A stretch of 64,000 bases of DNA from an uncultured bacterium. GTDB taxonomy: Bacteria > Patescibacteriota > Dojkabacteria > J137. The stretch covers positions 598,431-662,430 of the forward strand of contig OY969472.1 in NCBI GenBank assembly GCA_963700155.1, in the 5' to 3' direction. Every line of letters starts with the position of its first letter. Positions within the stretch are counted from its first letter, which is position 1. The position numbers and the translations under genes were made by a program. The notes beneath the pieces were generated by a model. It was not told where the DNA came from. It was given only the letters and a program-made list of their open reading frames with translations, and did not search any database. Below, piece after piece: positions 36,390-46,288 of the stretch.

Positions 36390-36857
36390 ATGGAAATACC
36401 AGATCAATTACATGATTTTTTAGCAAAAAGGAGGCTCCTTTCAATAGCTACAGTTGATGAGAATTCGATTCCATGGATATCAAATGTATACTATTCTTCA
36501 GATGATGATTTAAACTTGTTTTTCATTTCTCCAGAAGATAATAACCACAGCAGACATATTGCAGAGAATAAAAATATATCTTTTTCTATAGCTTGGTACA
36601 ATGAAGAAGATTTAGGAGATAGAAAATCTGTTCAAGGTAAAGGAGTTTGTGAAAAAGTAACAAACATAAAAGAGATGGCTAATGTTTTAAAAATTCATCT
36701 AAAGAAATATCCTGATTGGAAAGATATAATAAATTTGGACAATATTGTGAAAAAAGTTATCGAGTCCAAAGTCTATAGAATAAAACCATCATATATAAAA
36801 TTCTGGAATGATGAACTTTATGGAGATGAAGGTACAGAAGAATTTTTTATTTCTTAA
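36390..36857 (+). CDS. pyridoxamine 5'-phosphate oxidase-like FMN-binding split-barrel protein
   Basis: 'LLSIATVDENSIPWISNVYYSSDDDLNLFFIS...H..NI..N' pattern, 155 aa. Confidence 0.45.
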   Translation: MEIPDQLHDFLAKRRLLSIATVDENSIPWISNVYYSSDDDLNLFFISPEDNNHSRHIAENKNISFSIAWYNEEDLGDRKSVQGKGVCEKVTNIKEMANVLKIHLKKYPDWKDIINLDNIVKKVIESKVYRIKPSYIKFWNDELYGDEGTEEFFIS

Positions 36858-36866
36858 ATCCAAAAT

Positions 36867-37175
36867 ATGGGATATATGGTTGAACTAAACACATTACTTG
36901 GTCTTCCAAAAGAATTTGATTCTAATTCTTTACAAGTTGGTAATAGTTTCCAAATTCTTAAAGATAGAGAACGCGCGTTCCCCCTACATATTGCAGTATT
37001 AATGGTTGATAGTGAATGGAACTTCTATGGTTATGCTGTTGTTCACTCGGCTTTAGTTAAAGATAAGAAAACAGAATTTAATTTTGAAGTCTTATCCTTA
37101 TTTTCTGAAGAGATTCGGGAAGAATATAAAAAGAACTTTCTCCATGCAGCTAAAATTACAGGCGAAGTTAGTTAA
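36867..37175 (+). CDS. hypothetical protein (102 aa)
   Basis: ORF only. Confidence 0.3.
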   Translation: MGYMVELNTLLGLPKEFDSNSLQVGNSFQILKDRERAFPLHIAVLMVDSEWNFYGYAVVHSALVKDKKTEFNFEVLSLFSEEIREEYKKNFLHAAKITGEVS

Positions 37176-37270
37176 TCAAGTTATTTAAATCGGAATACTT
37201 AAATAGTAATCTTGATTACTTAAGTCATCTATTATAAATTAGATAGGTAGTTACTATTTATCTAATATTA

Positions 37271-38428
37271 ATGTCAGATCAACAAAATATAAATAATACA
37301 TCAACAAAACCAACTCAAAGTGCTGCTTCACCAAATCTAGATTTAGATTATGAAATTAATGTTCTAAAGCAGAAAGTTGAATCTGCTAATTTACCAAAGG
37401 CTTTAAATGAGAAAGTAAATGGAATGATATTCCGTTTAATTAAAATGTCTCAAAAAGGAAATTTCTCACAGGAATTTGAACCGGTCTCTGAATATATAAA
37501 TTGGGTGGTTCAAATTCCGTTCGATAAGTTTAGTGATGACAATATTGATATTAATCATGCTAAAGAAATGTTGACTAAAAATCATTATGGACTTGAGGAA
37601 GTGAAGAACAGAATTATGGAATATCTTGCAGTTATAAAACTACATCAAGTCGAGAGCTCCCAAAGCAGCTCTGATGCAGAGCTCAGAGGAAGCTCATATA
37701 ATGCCCCAATTCTTTGTTTTGTCGGTATCCAAGGTGTTGGTAAAACATCTATGGCTAAGTCAATAGCTTCAGCTCTAGGTAGAGAATTCTCAAGGATTGC
37801 TTTGGGAGCTCTCGGTTCAGTTACTGAAATAAGAGGGATTTCAAAAGGTACGGTTGGTGCTGAGCCTGGGCAAATTATAAAAACACTTATCCGAGCTCAA
37901 GTAATGAATCCACTAATACTTCTTGATGAAATTGATAAAGTTAGCTCAGATACAGGTTTGAGATCCGATGTTATGGCAGCGCTATTAGAAATTTTAGATC
38001 CTGAGCAAAACTCAGCTTTTACGGATAAATATGTTGATTATCCAGTAAATCTTTCCAAAACAATATTTATCTGTACTGCAAATAATCTTGGAGGAATTTC
38101 AGCAGCTCTTTTGGATAGGCTTGAAATAGTTAGATTTGGAAGTTATACAGATGAAGAAAAAATTATTATAGCTAAAGATTATTTACTCCCTAAAGTTAGA
38201 AAAGCCACAGGGATAACAGAAGATCAATTATCGTTTGAGGATGATGTTTGGCCGTTAGTAGTCAGGCCTCTTGGTTTTGATGCTGGTGTCAGACAACTTG
38301 AAAGGACTTTAACTCAACTTGCTAGAAAAGTAGCACTTCAAATTGTGCAAGGTTTAACAAAGGGAGTGGTGCTAACAAAAGATAATTTTAGACAATATAT
38401 TCCAGAAGATTTTGGAGTTTATAGTTAG
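37271..38428 (+). CDS. Lon-like AAA+ ATPase lacking the S16 protease domain
   Basis: Collinear with the Lon A-domain. 'HYGLEEVKNRIMEYLAV' aligns with DHYGLEKVKERILEYLAV. Walker A 'GIQGVGKTSMAKSIASALGREF' is present. 'LLDEIDKVSSD' (Walker B), 'LLEILDPEQNSAFTDKY' and 'FICTANNL...LLDRLEIVRF' follow. The protein ends after the AAA module at 385 aa with no Ser-Lys protease domain. Confidence 0.65.
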   Translation: MSDQQNINNTSTKPTQSAASPNLDLDYEINVLKQKVESANLPKALNEKVNGMIFRLIKMSQKGNFSQEFEPVSEYINWVVQIPFDKFSDDNIDINHAKEMLTKNHYGLEEVKNRIMEYLAVIKLHQVESSQSSSDAELRGSSYNAPILCFVGIQGVGKTSMAKSIASALGREFSRIALGALGSVTEIRGISKGTVGAEPGQIIKTLIRAQVMNPLILLDEIDKVSSDTGLRSDVMAALLEILDPEQNSAFTDKYVDYPVNLSKTIFICTANNLGGISAALLDRLEIVRFGSYTDEEKIIIAKDYLLPKVRKATGITEDQLSFEDDVWPLVVRPLGFDAGVRQLERTLTQLARKVALQIVQGLTKGVVLTKDNFRQYIPEDFGVYS

Positions 38429-38453
38429 AAATTTTTACTCTTAGAAATATTTC

Positions 38454-38843
38454 ATGAATGATTCTTTTACAGAGGAATTAGTTGATGGTGGTTTATCTGA
38501 ACCATTTGTTTATGAAAATGAATTTTATAGAGAATTAAAAGATGGTAACTGGATTATTTTATTTAAACAGCCTGATCCGAAAGATTATCTTCTTGAGCCT
38601 GGTGAAGAGGAATTCAAATTAATAATCGATGGCGCAATTGGGCAGACAATTACTTTAAATTTAAGAGGAAAAGAGATTAAATTTTGGATTATTGATTGGA
38701 TTGATTCAGCTGAACCTGATCTTTTAGAACTTATGGAATTTATTACTAGTTTCAAAATATTTGTAACAAATGATTCTGTGATAGAAGCGTATGATTTGAA
38801 AGATAAGCTACGTAAGGATAACAAAAGCAATAGTTATTACTGA
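38454..38843 (+). CDS. hypothetical protein (129 aa)
   Basis: ORF only. Confidence 0.3.
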   Translation: MNDSFTEELVDGGLSEPFVYENEFYRELKDGNWIILFKQPDPKDYLLEPGEEEFKLIIDGAIGQTITLNLRGKEIKFWIIDWIDSAEPDLLELMEFITSFKIFVTNDSVIEAYDLKDKLRKDNKSNSYY

Positions 38844-38899
38844 TGGGGTTTAGTGACTGATTCCTAAAGAGAGTAGAGAATTCTTCTAAAGTGATTTAA

Positions 38900-39466
38900 T
38901 TAGCCTTGCAAGTAGGTCTTGTATTCTTTATCTTTTTTCATTTGTTGCTCAACAGCATTTCTAACTATTTGAGCTTTATGCATTCTCTTTGTTTGAGCTG
39001 ACCATTCAAGGTATCTATCAATCTCTGGAGAAATGATAAGAATGAATTTAGAATCTAATTTACTAGCAGCTTCTTTCAAAGCTTTATTGATTACATCGAT
39101 TATATCGTTTGAAGTGTACTTTTTTCTAATAAGTGTTCTAGATTTATTTCCGTGAATATTAGGATAAATATTCTTAGATTTTTCATCTTCAAAGGCAATA
39201 ACTACTTTTTTCTCATCTAAAGCTCTGGCAATTTCATATCCAACTTTAGAATCAGCATTAGTAATTTCTGCAATTAAAATATCAGAATCTTTGATAGCTT
39301 TATCAGTCTTGTTAAAATTTTTTATTATGTCGTTTACAGCATTCTTTTTATTAGTATCATAAGTTTCATATACATTATGACCTAATTTTTTTAAATGAGA
39401 AACACCTTCTAAAAAAGAACCTAATTTTTCAGGTTCATCTATTGGCAACGAAACTACAATTTTCAT
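38900..39466 (-). CDS. nucleoside 2-deoxyribosyltransferase-like domain protein with a ribbon-helix-helix-like C-terminal tail
   Basis: 'DILIAEITNADSKVGYEIARALDEKKVVIAF' resembles the Nuc_deoxyrib_tr core; the C-terminus 'RMHKAQIVRNAVEQQMKK' is RHH-like. Confidence 0.3.
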   Translation of the reverse strand: MKIVVSLPIDEPEKLGSFLEGVSHLKKLGHNVYETYDTNKKNAVNDIIKNFNKTDKAIKDSDILIAEITNADSKVGYEIARALDEKKVVIAFEDEKSKNIYPNIHGNKSRTLIRKKYTSNDIIDVINKALKEAASKLDSKFILIISPEIDRYLEWSAQTKRMHKAQIVRNAVEQQMKKDKEYKTYLQG

Positions 39467-39721
39467 AATTAATTTTACTAAAATCTTTATTTACTTACAA
39501 AATGTGCCTAGATCACAATCTAAGCCTAAAATTAATACTACCTTATCTTTTGTTAGGTAGTATATACTAAGTATATCACATCTTTAATTTTTTGCAAATA
39601 AGCTTTAAAGTTCTAGTATGTAATCTAATTTCATTATCTGTACAAAACATTTATACTTTATCAGGTCTGGATTGAGAATTCTAGCTTTTTTATGTATATT
39701 ATCTTAGATTAAATAAATAAA

Positions 39722-40948
39722 ATGCTTTTTAGTAGGAAAAAAAACACAAAAACAAACCAACAAAAGAATCAGTCATTTATTGCCATTGATATTGGTACAG
39801 AGTATGTAAAGACAGTTGTATACGTAAGAAATGATGATGGAGTAGAAGTTATTGGATATAACCAGATGAGACAAAAAGAGTCATCTATGTATGCAGCTTT
39901 TATAATAAGTATAAAGGAAGTTACAGACACAGTTGATAAAAGTATTGGTGAAGCTTTAAATGTTGCAAAAAAAACTGCTGGTGAATCTTTCCAAATGCCG
40001 CAAGAGGCAATAATAGGGATAGCTGGTGAACTTGTTCAAGGAGTAACTGTTATGGTCAATATAGATAGGGAGAATCCAAATTCGGCAATAAATGAGAAAG
40101 AATTAAGAGATTTAATAAAAAAAGTTAAAAGACATACTTTTGAAAATACTAAAGGAGAAATTGCAAAAGAAATTAGTATTAACCCAAGTTTGATTCAAGA
40201 AATTGATACTTATATCAATAGTGTTTATATCGATGGTGTAAGAGTTACAAATCCTTTGGATTTCAAAGGCAATGAACTTATTTATAGAGTATTTTCTACA
40301 TTTGCCCCTAAAATTTATTTAGATTCGTTAAACCAGATAGCAGAAAATTTAAATTTAAAATTAAAAAAAATAGTTGTTGAGCCTTATGCTTTAACCTTGG
40401 GGCTAAAAGGTATGAGAGATACAAACTCAAGTGCAATAGTAATTGATATTGGAGGAGGAACTACAGATGTAGCCCTTGTTCAGAATGGAGATATTATTGG
40501 AACTAAAATGTTTGCAATCGGTGGAAGAGTGTTTACTAAAAGAGTAGAAAAAGAGTTAGGTATAAGTTTTGAAGAAGCTGAACAAACAAAGATCGATTAT
40601 TCAAATGGGAAAATTGATAAAAATACTGCAGATAAACTCGCAAGGGTTTTTACAGCAGATGTAAAAGTATGGTTAACAGGAGTTGAAATTTGTTTAGAAG
40701 AGTTTGAAGATACAAGTGAATATCCATCAACTATTTATTTATGCGGTGGAGGAGCCTTATTACCTGAAATACAGGAAGGATTAATTACACATCCATGGAT
40801 GCAGACTTTGAATTTTAAAAAGTATCCAAAAGTTAATTTTGTATTTCCAACAGGAGTTAAAGATATTGTAGATAAAACAAAACTTGCAAATATGCCTACA
40901 GATGTAACTCCATTGGCATTAGCAAGAATGGATTTAGAAATTAGTTAG
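39722..40948 (+). CDS. ftsA: actin-like ATPase of the FtsA/PilM family
   Basis: 'FIAIDIGTEYVKTVVY' phosphate-1, 'IVIDIGGGTTDVALV' phosphate-2, 'AEQTKIDY' and 'YLCGGGALLPEI' adenosine motif; 408 aa. Confidence 0.55.
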   Translation: MLFSRKKNTKTNQQKNQSFIAIDIGTEYVKTVVYVRNDDGVEVIGYNQMRQKESSMYAAFIISIKEVTDTVDKSIGEALNVAKKTAGESFQMPQEAIIGIAGELVQGVTVMVNIDRENPNSAINEKELRDLIKKVKRHTFENTKGEIAKEISINPSLIQEIDTYINSVYIDGVRVTNPLDFKGNELIYRVFSTFAPKIYLDSLNQIAENLNLKLKKIVVEPYALTLGLKGMRDTNSSAIVIDIGGGTTDVALVQNGDIIGTKMFAIGGRVFTKRVEKELGISFEEAEQTKIDYSNGKIDKNTADKLARVFTADVKVWLTGVEICLEEFEDTSEYPSTIYLCGGGALLPEIQEGLITHPWMQTLNFKKYPKVNFVFPTGVKDIVDKTKLANMPTDVTPLALARMDLEIS

Positions 40949-40971
40949 ATTCTAGCTTTAATATTAATAAA

Positions 40972-43101
40972 ATGGCGATTGTAAGTTCTGAAAAAATTTT
41001 TGTTGATCCTAAAGAAGAGGTAACAACAGTATTAGAAAGAATCCTTAAAAGTGAGAAAAACAGGGTAATTATTGTTTTGCCACAAAATTCTTTATTAATG
41101 AGTAGTTATGTAACAATAGATATCCTTTTTAGAGAAATTGCAAAATCTTCCAAAGTATCTGTAATGGTAACAGAAGATGAATATGGAGCAAATATTGCAA
41201 AGAAAGCAGGATTCCAAGTTGTTTCTAAAGTTAGTCAAGTTACTTCTGACCATTGGGACTTAGCAACTCAAAGTAAGAAAGATTTACTAAATAAGTTAGA
41301 ACTGAGAAAAAGAAAACTGTTAGAAAACTTTCAAGGTGATCAACCAATCGAAGAATCTCCTACAATAACTTCTGAAAATGAAGTTCAAGGTGGGGAGGTT
41401 TTGCCTCCGGAAAGTGCTGAAAATATTGAGAAACCCGAAACTTCAATGGAGGCAAAACCTCCCCTTGAAACAGCTGAAACAATTGAAACAGAGATGTCAG
41501 AAACTCCAGAACCAAAAGAAAAAGTGCTTTCAAAAGAGGAAGCTGCGGAAGAAGAGGCGATAGTTAAAAAGTTTATGAAACCAAGACGAGAGCCTAAAAT
41601 GACAAATATTGAAGGTATTGAAATTCTTAGTGGTGGGGATATACTTAATGAGAATCATGATAAAGAAAATTATGATAAAATAGAAGGCTTAAATGAGAAT
41701 AGTAATATTATGAATGATATAGGTTCAGAAGAATCACCGGATGAAAATATTATCCCTGCAAGAAGACTCCCTGAGAGAAGAGTTTCTAATTTTACAGGTA
41801 AAGATTTTACCAGAGCTGTTGGCAAAGGTATTTCGATTGGTGGCTTTTTCAACTTCTTTAAAAGAGGACCAAAAGCAAATATTTTTCAAGATAATGAACT
41901 TAGAAGAGGAAATAACAAAAAAAGAAGGAAATTTATTTTATTTGGTATTGCAGCGTTTGTCTTTTTATTTTTACTAGGTGGTTATGTTTTAGCTTTTCAG
42001 TCTTCTTCAGTAAATATTACGCTACAACTAAAAAAAGAGAATGTGAGCACTTCAGCTTCAATTATTGTTGATACAACTGCTGATCAAGTTACATATGATC
42101 CTTTAACAATTCCAGGCATTGTTCTTAAACAGGATGATTTAAGTATTTCTAGAACTGGTGAAGCTAATGGTACTGGTGAAACTGGAGATAAAGCTACAGG
42201 ACTTATTGATTTGATTAATATTATGGATCCAACTACAGAGATAGTTCTTAATAAAGGTACAAAAGTCACTAGTGTTTCTAATAATTTAGTTTATGTATTA
42301 ACAAAAGATACTACGGTTCCAAAAGCAACTAAGGATTCGGAAGGTGTAATAGTTCCTAAAAGACTCGAAGACGTTCCTGTAGAAGCTGCAGAAATAGGGA
42401 AGGAATATAATGTTACAGGGACTGATTCAAATACTACATTTACTGTAGAAGGTTATTCAAGGTCAACTCAACTCCAAGCAACAAGATATGTAGATTTTAC
42501 CGGTGGAACTTCCAAGAGTTTTGTTGCGGTTTCAAAAAGTAATGTAAATTCTTTAAAGAAACAGATTTTACCTGATATAAAAAGTGAAGGAGAAACAAAA
42601 TTAAAACTTCAAGTTCCTAATGATTATAGATATCTTCCAGAAACTTTAGAATTTGTTGAAAAAGAAGCAGATGCAAATCCAAAAGTTGGAGAAGCTGCTC
42701 CTGATAAAACTTTTAATTTGTCTTTGGTGGGTTCTGTAACTGCAATTGCTGTTAAGAATGAAGATTTAGAGGCTGCAATTACAAGAATTATTCAGCAGGA
42801 TAAGAATAATGGTGGGAATGTATCTGTTCAAGGAATAGAGGATCTAAGTATTGATAAAGTTGAAAAGTCTGATGATAAACTGGTTTTGACTGTGTCTTCA
42901 AAGAGTTCTTTACAAAAGAATCTAACAATTGATCAGATAAAAAAGGATATCGCAGGAAAGAATATCACTGAGGCAAAAGACTATTTGAATCTTTTAGAAG
43001 AAGTTGATAAATATTCATTCTCATTCTCTCCGGATATAGTTCCTTTAAGTCTTCAACGTGTTCCGACTGATTTGTCCAGAATTAATATAAAAACTCAGTA
43101 A
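40972..43101 (+). CDS. large membrane-anchored protein with an acidic low-complexity N-terminal half and a beta-rich C-terminal domain (709 aa)
   Basis: Single TM 'FILFGIAAFVFLFLLGGYVLAF' at ~residue 315. The cytoplasmic part is Glu/Pro/Thr-rich. No FtsZ GGGTGTG motif. Confidence 0.4.
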   Translation: MAIVSSEKIFVDPKEEVTTVLERILKSEKNRVIIVLPQNSLLMSSYVTIDILFREIAKSSKVSVMVTEDEYGANIAKKAGFQVVSKVSQVTSDHWDLATQSKKDLLNKLELRKRKLLENFQGDQPIEESPTITSENEVQGGEVLPPESAENIEKPETSMEAKPPLETAETIETEMSETPEPKEKVLSKEEAAEEEAIVKKFMKPRREPKMTNIEGIEILSGGDILNENHDKENYDKIEGLNENSNIMNDIGSEESPDENIIPARRLPERRVSNFTGKDFTRAVGKGISIGGFFNFFKRGPKANIFQDNELRRGNNKKRRKFILFGIAAFVFLFLLGGYVLAFQSSSVNITLQLKKENVSTSASIIVDTTADQVTYDPLTIPGIVLKQDDLSISRTGEANGTGETGDKATGLIDLINIMDPTTEIVLNKGTKVTSVSNNLVYVLTKDTTVPKATKDSEGVIVPKRLEDVPVEAAEIGKEYNVTGTDSNTTFTVEGYSRSTQLQATRYVDFTGGTSKSFVAVSKSNVNSLKKQILPDIKSEGETKLKLQVPNDYRYLPETLEFVEKEADANPKVGEAAPDKTFNLSLVGSVTAIAVKNEDLEAAITRIIQQDKNNGGNVSVQGIEDLSIDKVEKSDDKLVLTVSSKSSLQKNLTIDQIKKDIAGKNITEAKDYLNLLEEVDKYSFSFSPDIVPLSLQRVPTDLSRINIKTQ

Positions 43102-43144
43102 ATAAATTCAGTAATTATATATTATTCCTTGTGTAGTAGTTAAT

Positions 43145-43199
43145 TGACAATTTCGTACTTGAATTGATATTATTAGCATGCGCTCATATAAACTGCTAA
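43145..43199 (+). promoter_or_regulatory. sigma70-type promoter (TTGACA-17-ATATTA) followed by a CIRCE-like inverted repeat TTAGCATGC-N9-AACTGCTAA upstream of groES
   Basis: Read directly. Compare the HrcA operator consensus TTAGCACTC-N9-GAGTGCTAA: the 9-nt spacer is identical and 13/18 arm positions match. Confidence 0.45.
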
Positions 43200-43234
43200 G
43201 CGCTTCAAACAAATTATTTATTATTTAATTATTT

Positions 43235-43543
43235 ATGGCAAAAACTGTAAAAGGTATAAAGCCAGTTGGCGAATATATTCTTGTAAAACCTGAAGAAGAT
43301 CAGGAACAAACAACTGCTTCAGGTTTGATAATTCAATCTTCCAGCAAAGGTGAGAGACCTCAAAAAGGAACAATCATTGCTTTAGGGAAAGGGAGAAGAG
43401 ATGAGAATGGAAAACTGGTTGAGTTTAATGTTTCAGAAGGTGATATTGTTATGTTTAAAAAATATTCTCCAGAAGAGATTGAATTAGATGGAGAAAAGCT
43501 ATTACTGATGAAAGAATCAGATATTTTAGCAATTATAGAATAA
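43235..43543 (+). CDS. groES: co-chaperonin GroES
   Basis: 'IKPVGEYILVKP...TTASGLII...GDIVMFKKY'; 102 aa. Confidence 0.9.
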   Translation: MAKTVKGIKPVGEYILVKPEEDQEQTTASGLIIQSSSKGERPQKGTIIALGKGRRDENGKLVEFNVSEGDIVMFKKYSPEEIELDGEKLLLMKESDILAIIE

Positions 43544-43570
43544 TTATTTAGATATTAAATATTAATTTAA

Positions 43571-45205
<1,635 letters not shown>

Positions 45206-45214
45206 TCCAGGAAA

Positions 45215-45236
45215 ACCCCTCGAAAGAGGGGTTTTT
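45215..45236 (+). terminator. rho-independent terminator after groEL
   Basis: CCCCTC-GAAA-GAGGGG followed by TTTTTT. Confidence 0.8.
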
Positions 45237-45258
45237 TAATTTTTAACTAAAAAATTTT

Positions 45259-45858
45259 ATGACAAATAATAGTCTAGTACAGCAGCCAATAAAGAAAACT
45301 GCCTATATAGTTTATAATGATATTATAGATGAGCCTAGAATTCAGTGGTTTATGACACAATTAGGAGGGCTTTTCTCATCTAATAATTATGATAAATTTG
45401 TAATCTTAATTTCATCAAATGGTGGAGATCCAGCAGCAGGTTTGACAGCATATAATTTTTTAAGAAGTTTACCGCTAAAAGTAGTTACGCATAGTATTGG
45501 ATACGTACATTCCGCAGCAGTTATTCTTTTTCTAGCTGGAGAAGAAAGATACTCGTGTGAAGGTAGTACTTTCTTGATACATAGTATAGCATTTAACCTC
45601 CCAAATGGAGGCCAGATAACCCCAATTAATTCTGGAGATATAGATTCCGTAATCAAGGTAAATAATGAGACTGCGAGAAAGATATATAAAGAACGAACAA
45701 CTTTAACTGCACAAAAAATTACCGGATTGCTAAAATCTAACATATTACAAGATACCAAATTTGCTAAGGATTATAGTCTTATCAATGAAGTCAAACCTAT
45801 TGAAATTAAAGATGGTGATTTATTTGTTGTTAACTATATTGCCCAGGCTCCTAAGTAA
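45259..45858 (+). CDS. ClpP-family serine peptidase-like protein (divergent)
   Basis: Aligns to the ClpP core. 'ILISSNGGDPAAGLTAYNF' aligns with INSPGGSVTAGLAIYDT. 'GYVHSAAVILFLAGE' aligns with GQAASMGAFLLTAG (Ser retained). 'FLIHSI' aligns with MIHQP (His retained). A downstream Asp lies in 'QDTKF'. Confidence 0.55.
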   Translation: MTNNSLVQQPIKKTAYIVYNDIIDEPRIQWFMTQLGGLFSSNNYDKFVILISSNGGDPAAGLTAYNFLRSLPLKVVTHSIGYVHSAAVILFLAGEERYSCEGSTFLIHSIAFNLPNGGQITPINSGDIDSVIKVNNETARKIYKERTTLTAQKITGLLKSNILQDTKFAKDYSLINEVKPIEIKDGDLFVVNYIAQAPK

Positions 45859-45955
45859 ACTAGAATAGCTAGTCTATTTCTTACTAAGGCTGATTAGTGT
45901 AAAATTAGCTCAAGAAGCTATTTTAGCTTTTTGTTCTTAGCTCTTAGTTTAAAAC

Positions 45956-46288
45956 ATGTTCACATTCGCAATTAATTTTATTGTCTGGTGGTATCTAATA
46001 AAGTCTAGAGAATTCTTTACTTCAGAAGTCTTTGGTGGCTTTATATTCCAAATGAACTACACTAGAACTTTACCAATGGTGCGAAATTTTACTACACCAT
46101 TATTTAGAGATAGTTCATCTTTTGGCAAATCGATAAGTATTTTTATAAAATTTTGGTGGATAGGTTTTGGAACAATAGTAAGCTTAATAAAAATAATTCC
46201 CAAATTTCTAATATTTTTAGTGATTATTTCATTACCGATAATTCCGGTAATTCAATTCATTCTCTTTTTAACGAGAACTTTAGTATGA
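45956..46288 (+). CDS. small polytopic membrane protein (110 aa)
   Basis: Three or four hydrophobic helices; its stop overlaps the ATG of the following Clp ATPase (ATGA). Confidence 0.3.
   Translation: MFTFAINFIVWWYLIKSREFFTSEVFGGFIFQMNYTRTLPMVRNFTTPLFRDSSSFGKSISIFIKFWWIGFGTIVSLIKIIPKFLIFLVIISLPIIPVIQFILFLTRTLV

Noticed and set aside
45259-45858. Prophage head-maturation protease (phage ClpP-like) and hence a prophage
   Set aside because: No terminase, portal, capsid or integrase genes are nearby. The gene lies between groEL and a Clp ATPase, a typical cellular heat-shock context.
46153-46288. Listed start of the Clp ATPase at 46153 (MVDRFWNN...)
   Set aside because: This N-terminal extension overlaps ORF 45956..46288 in another frame and is low-complexity. 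The ATG at 46285 (MKVLTGKRQ...) is coupled to the upstream stop (ATGA) and is the more plausible start.
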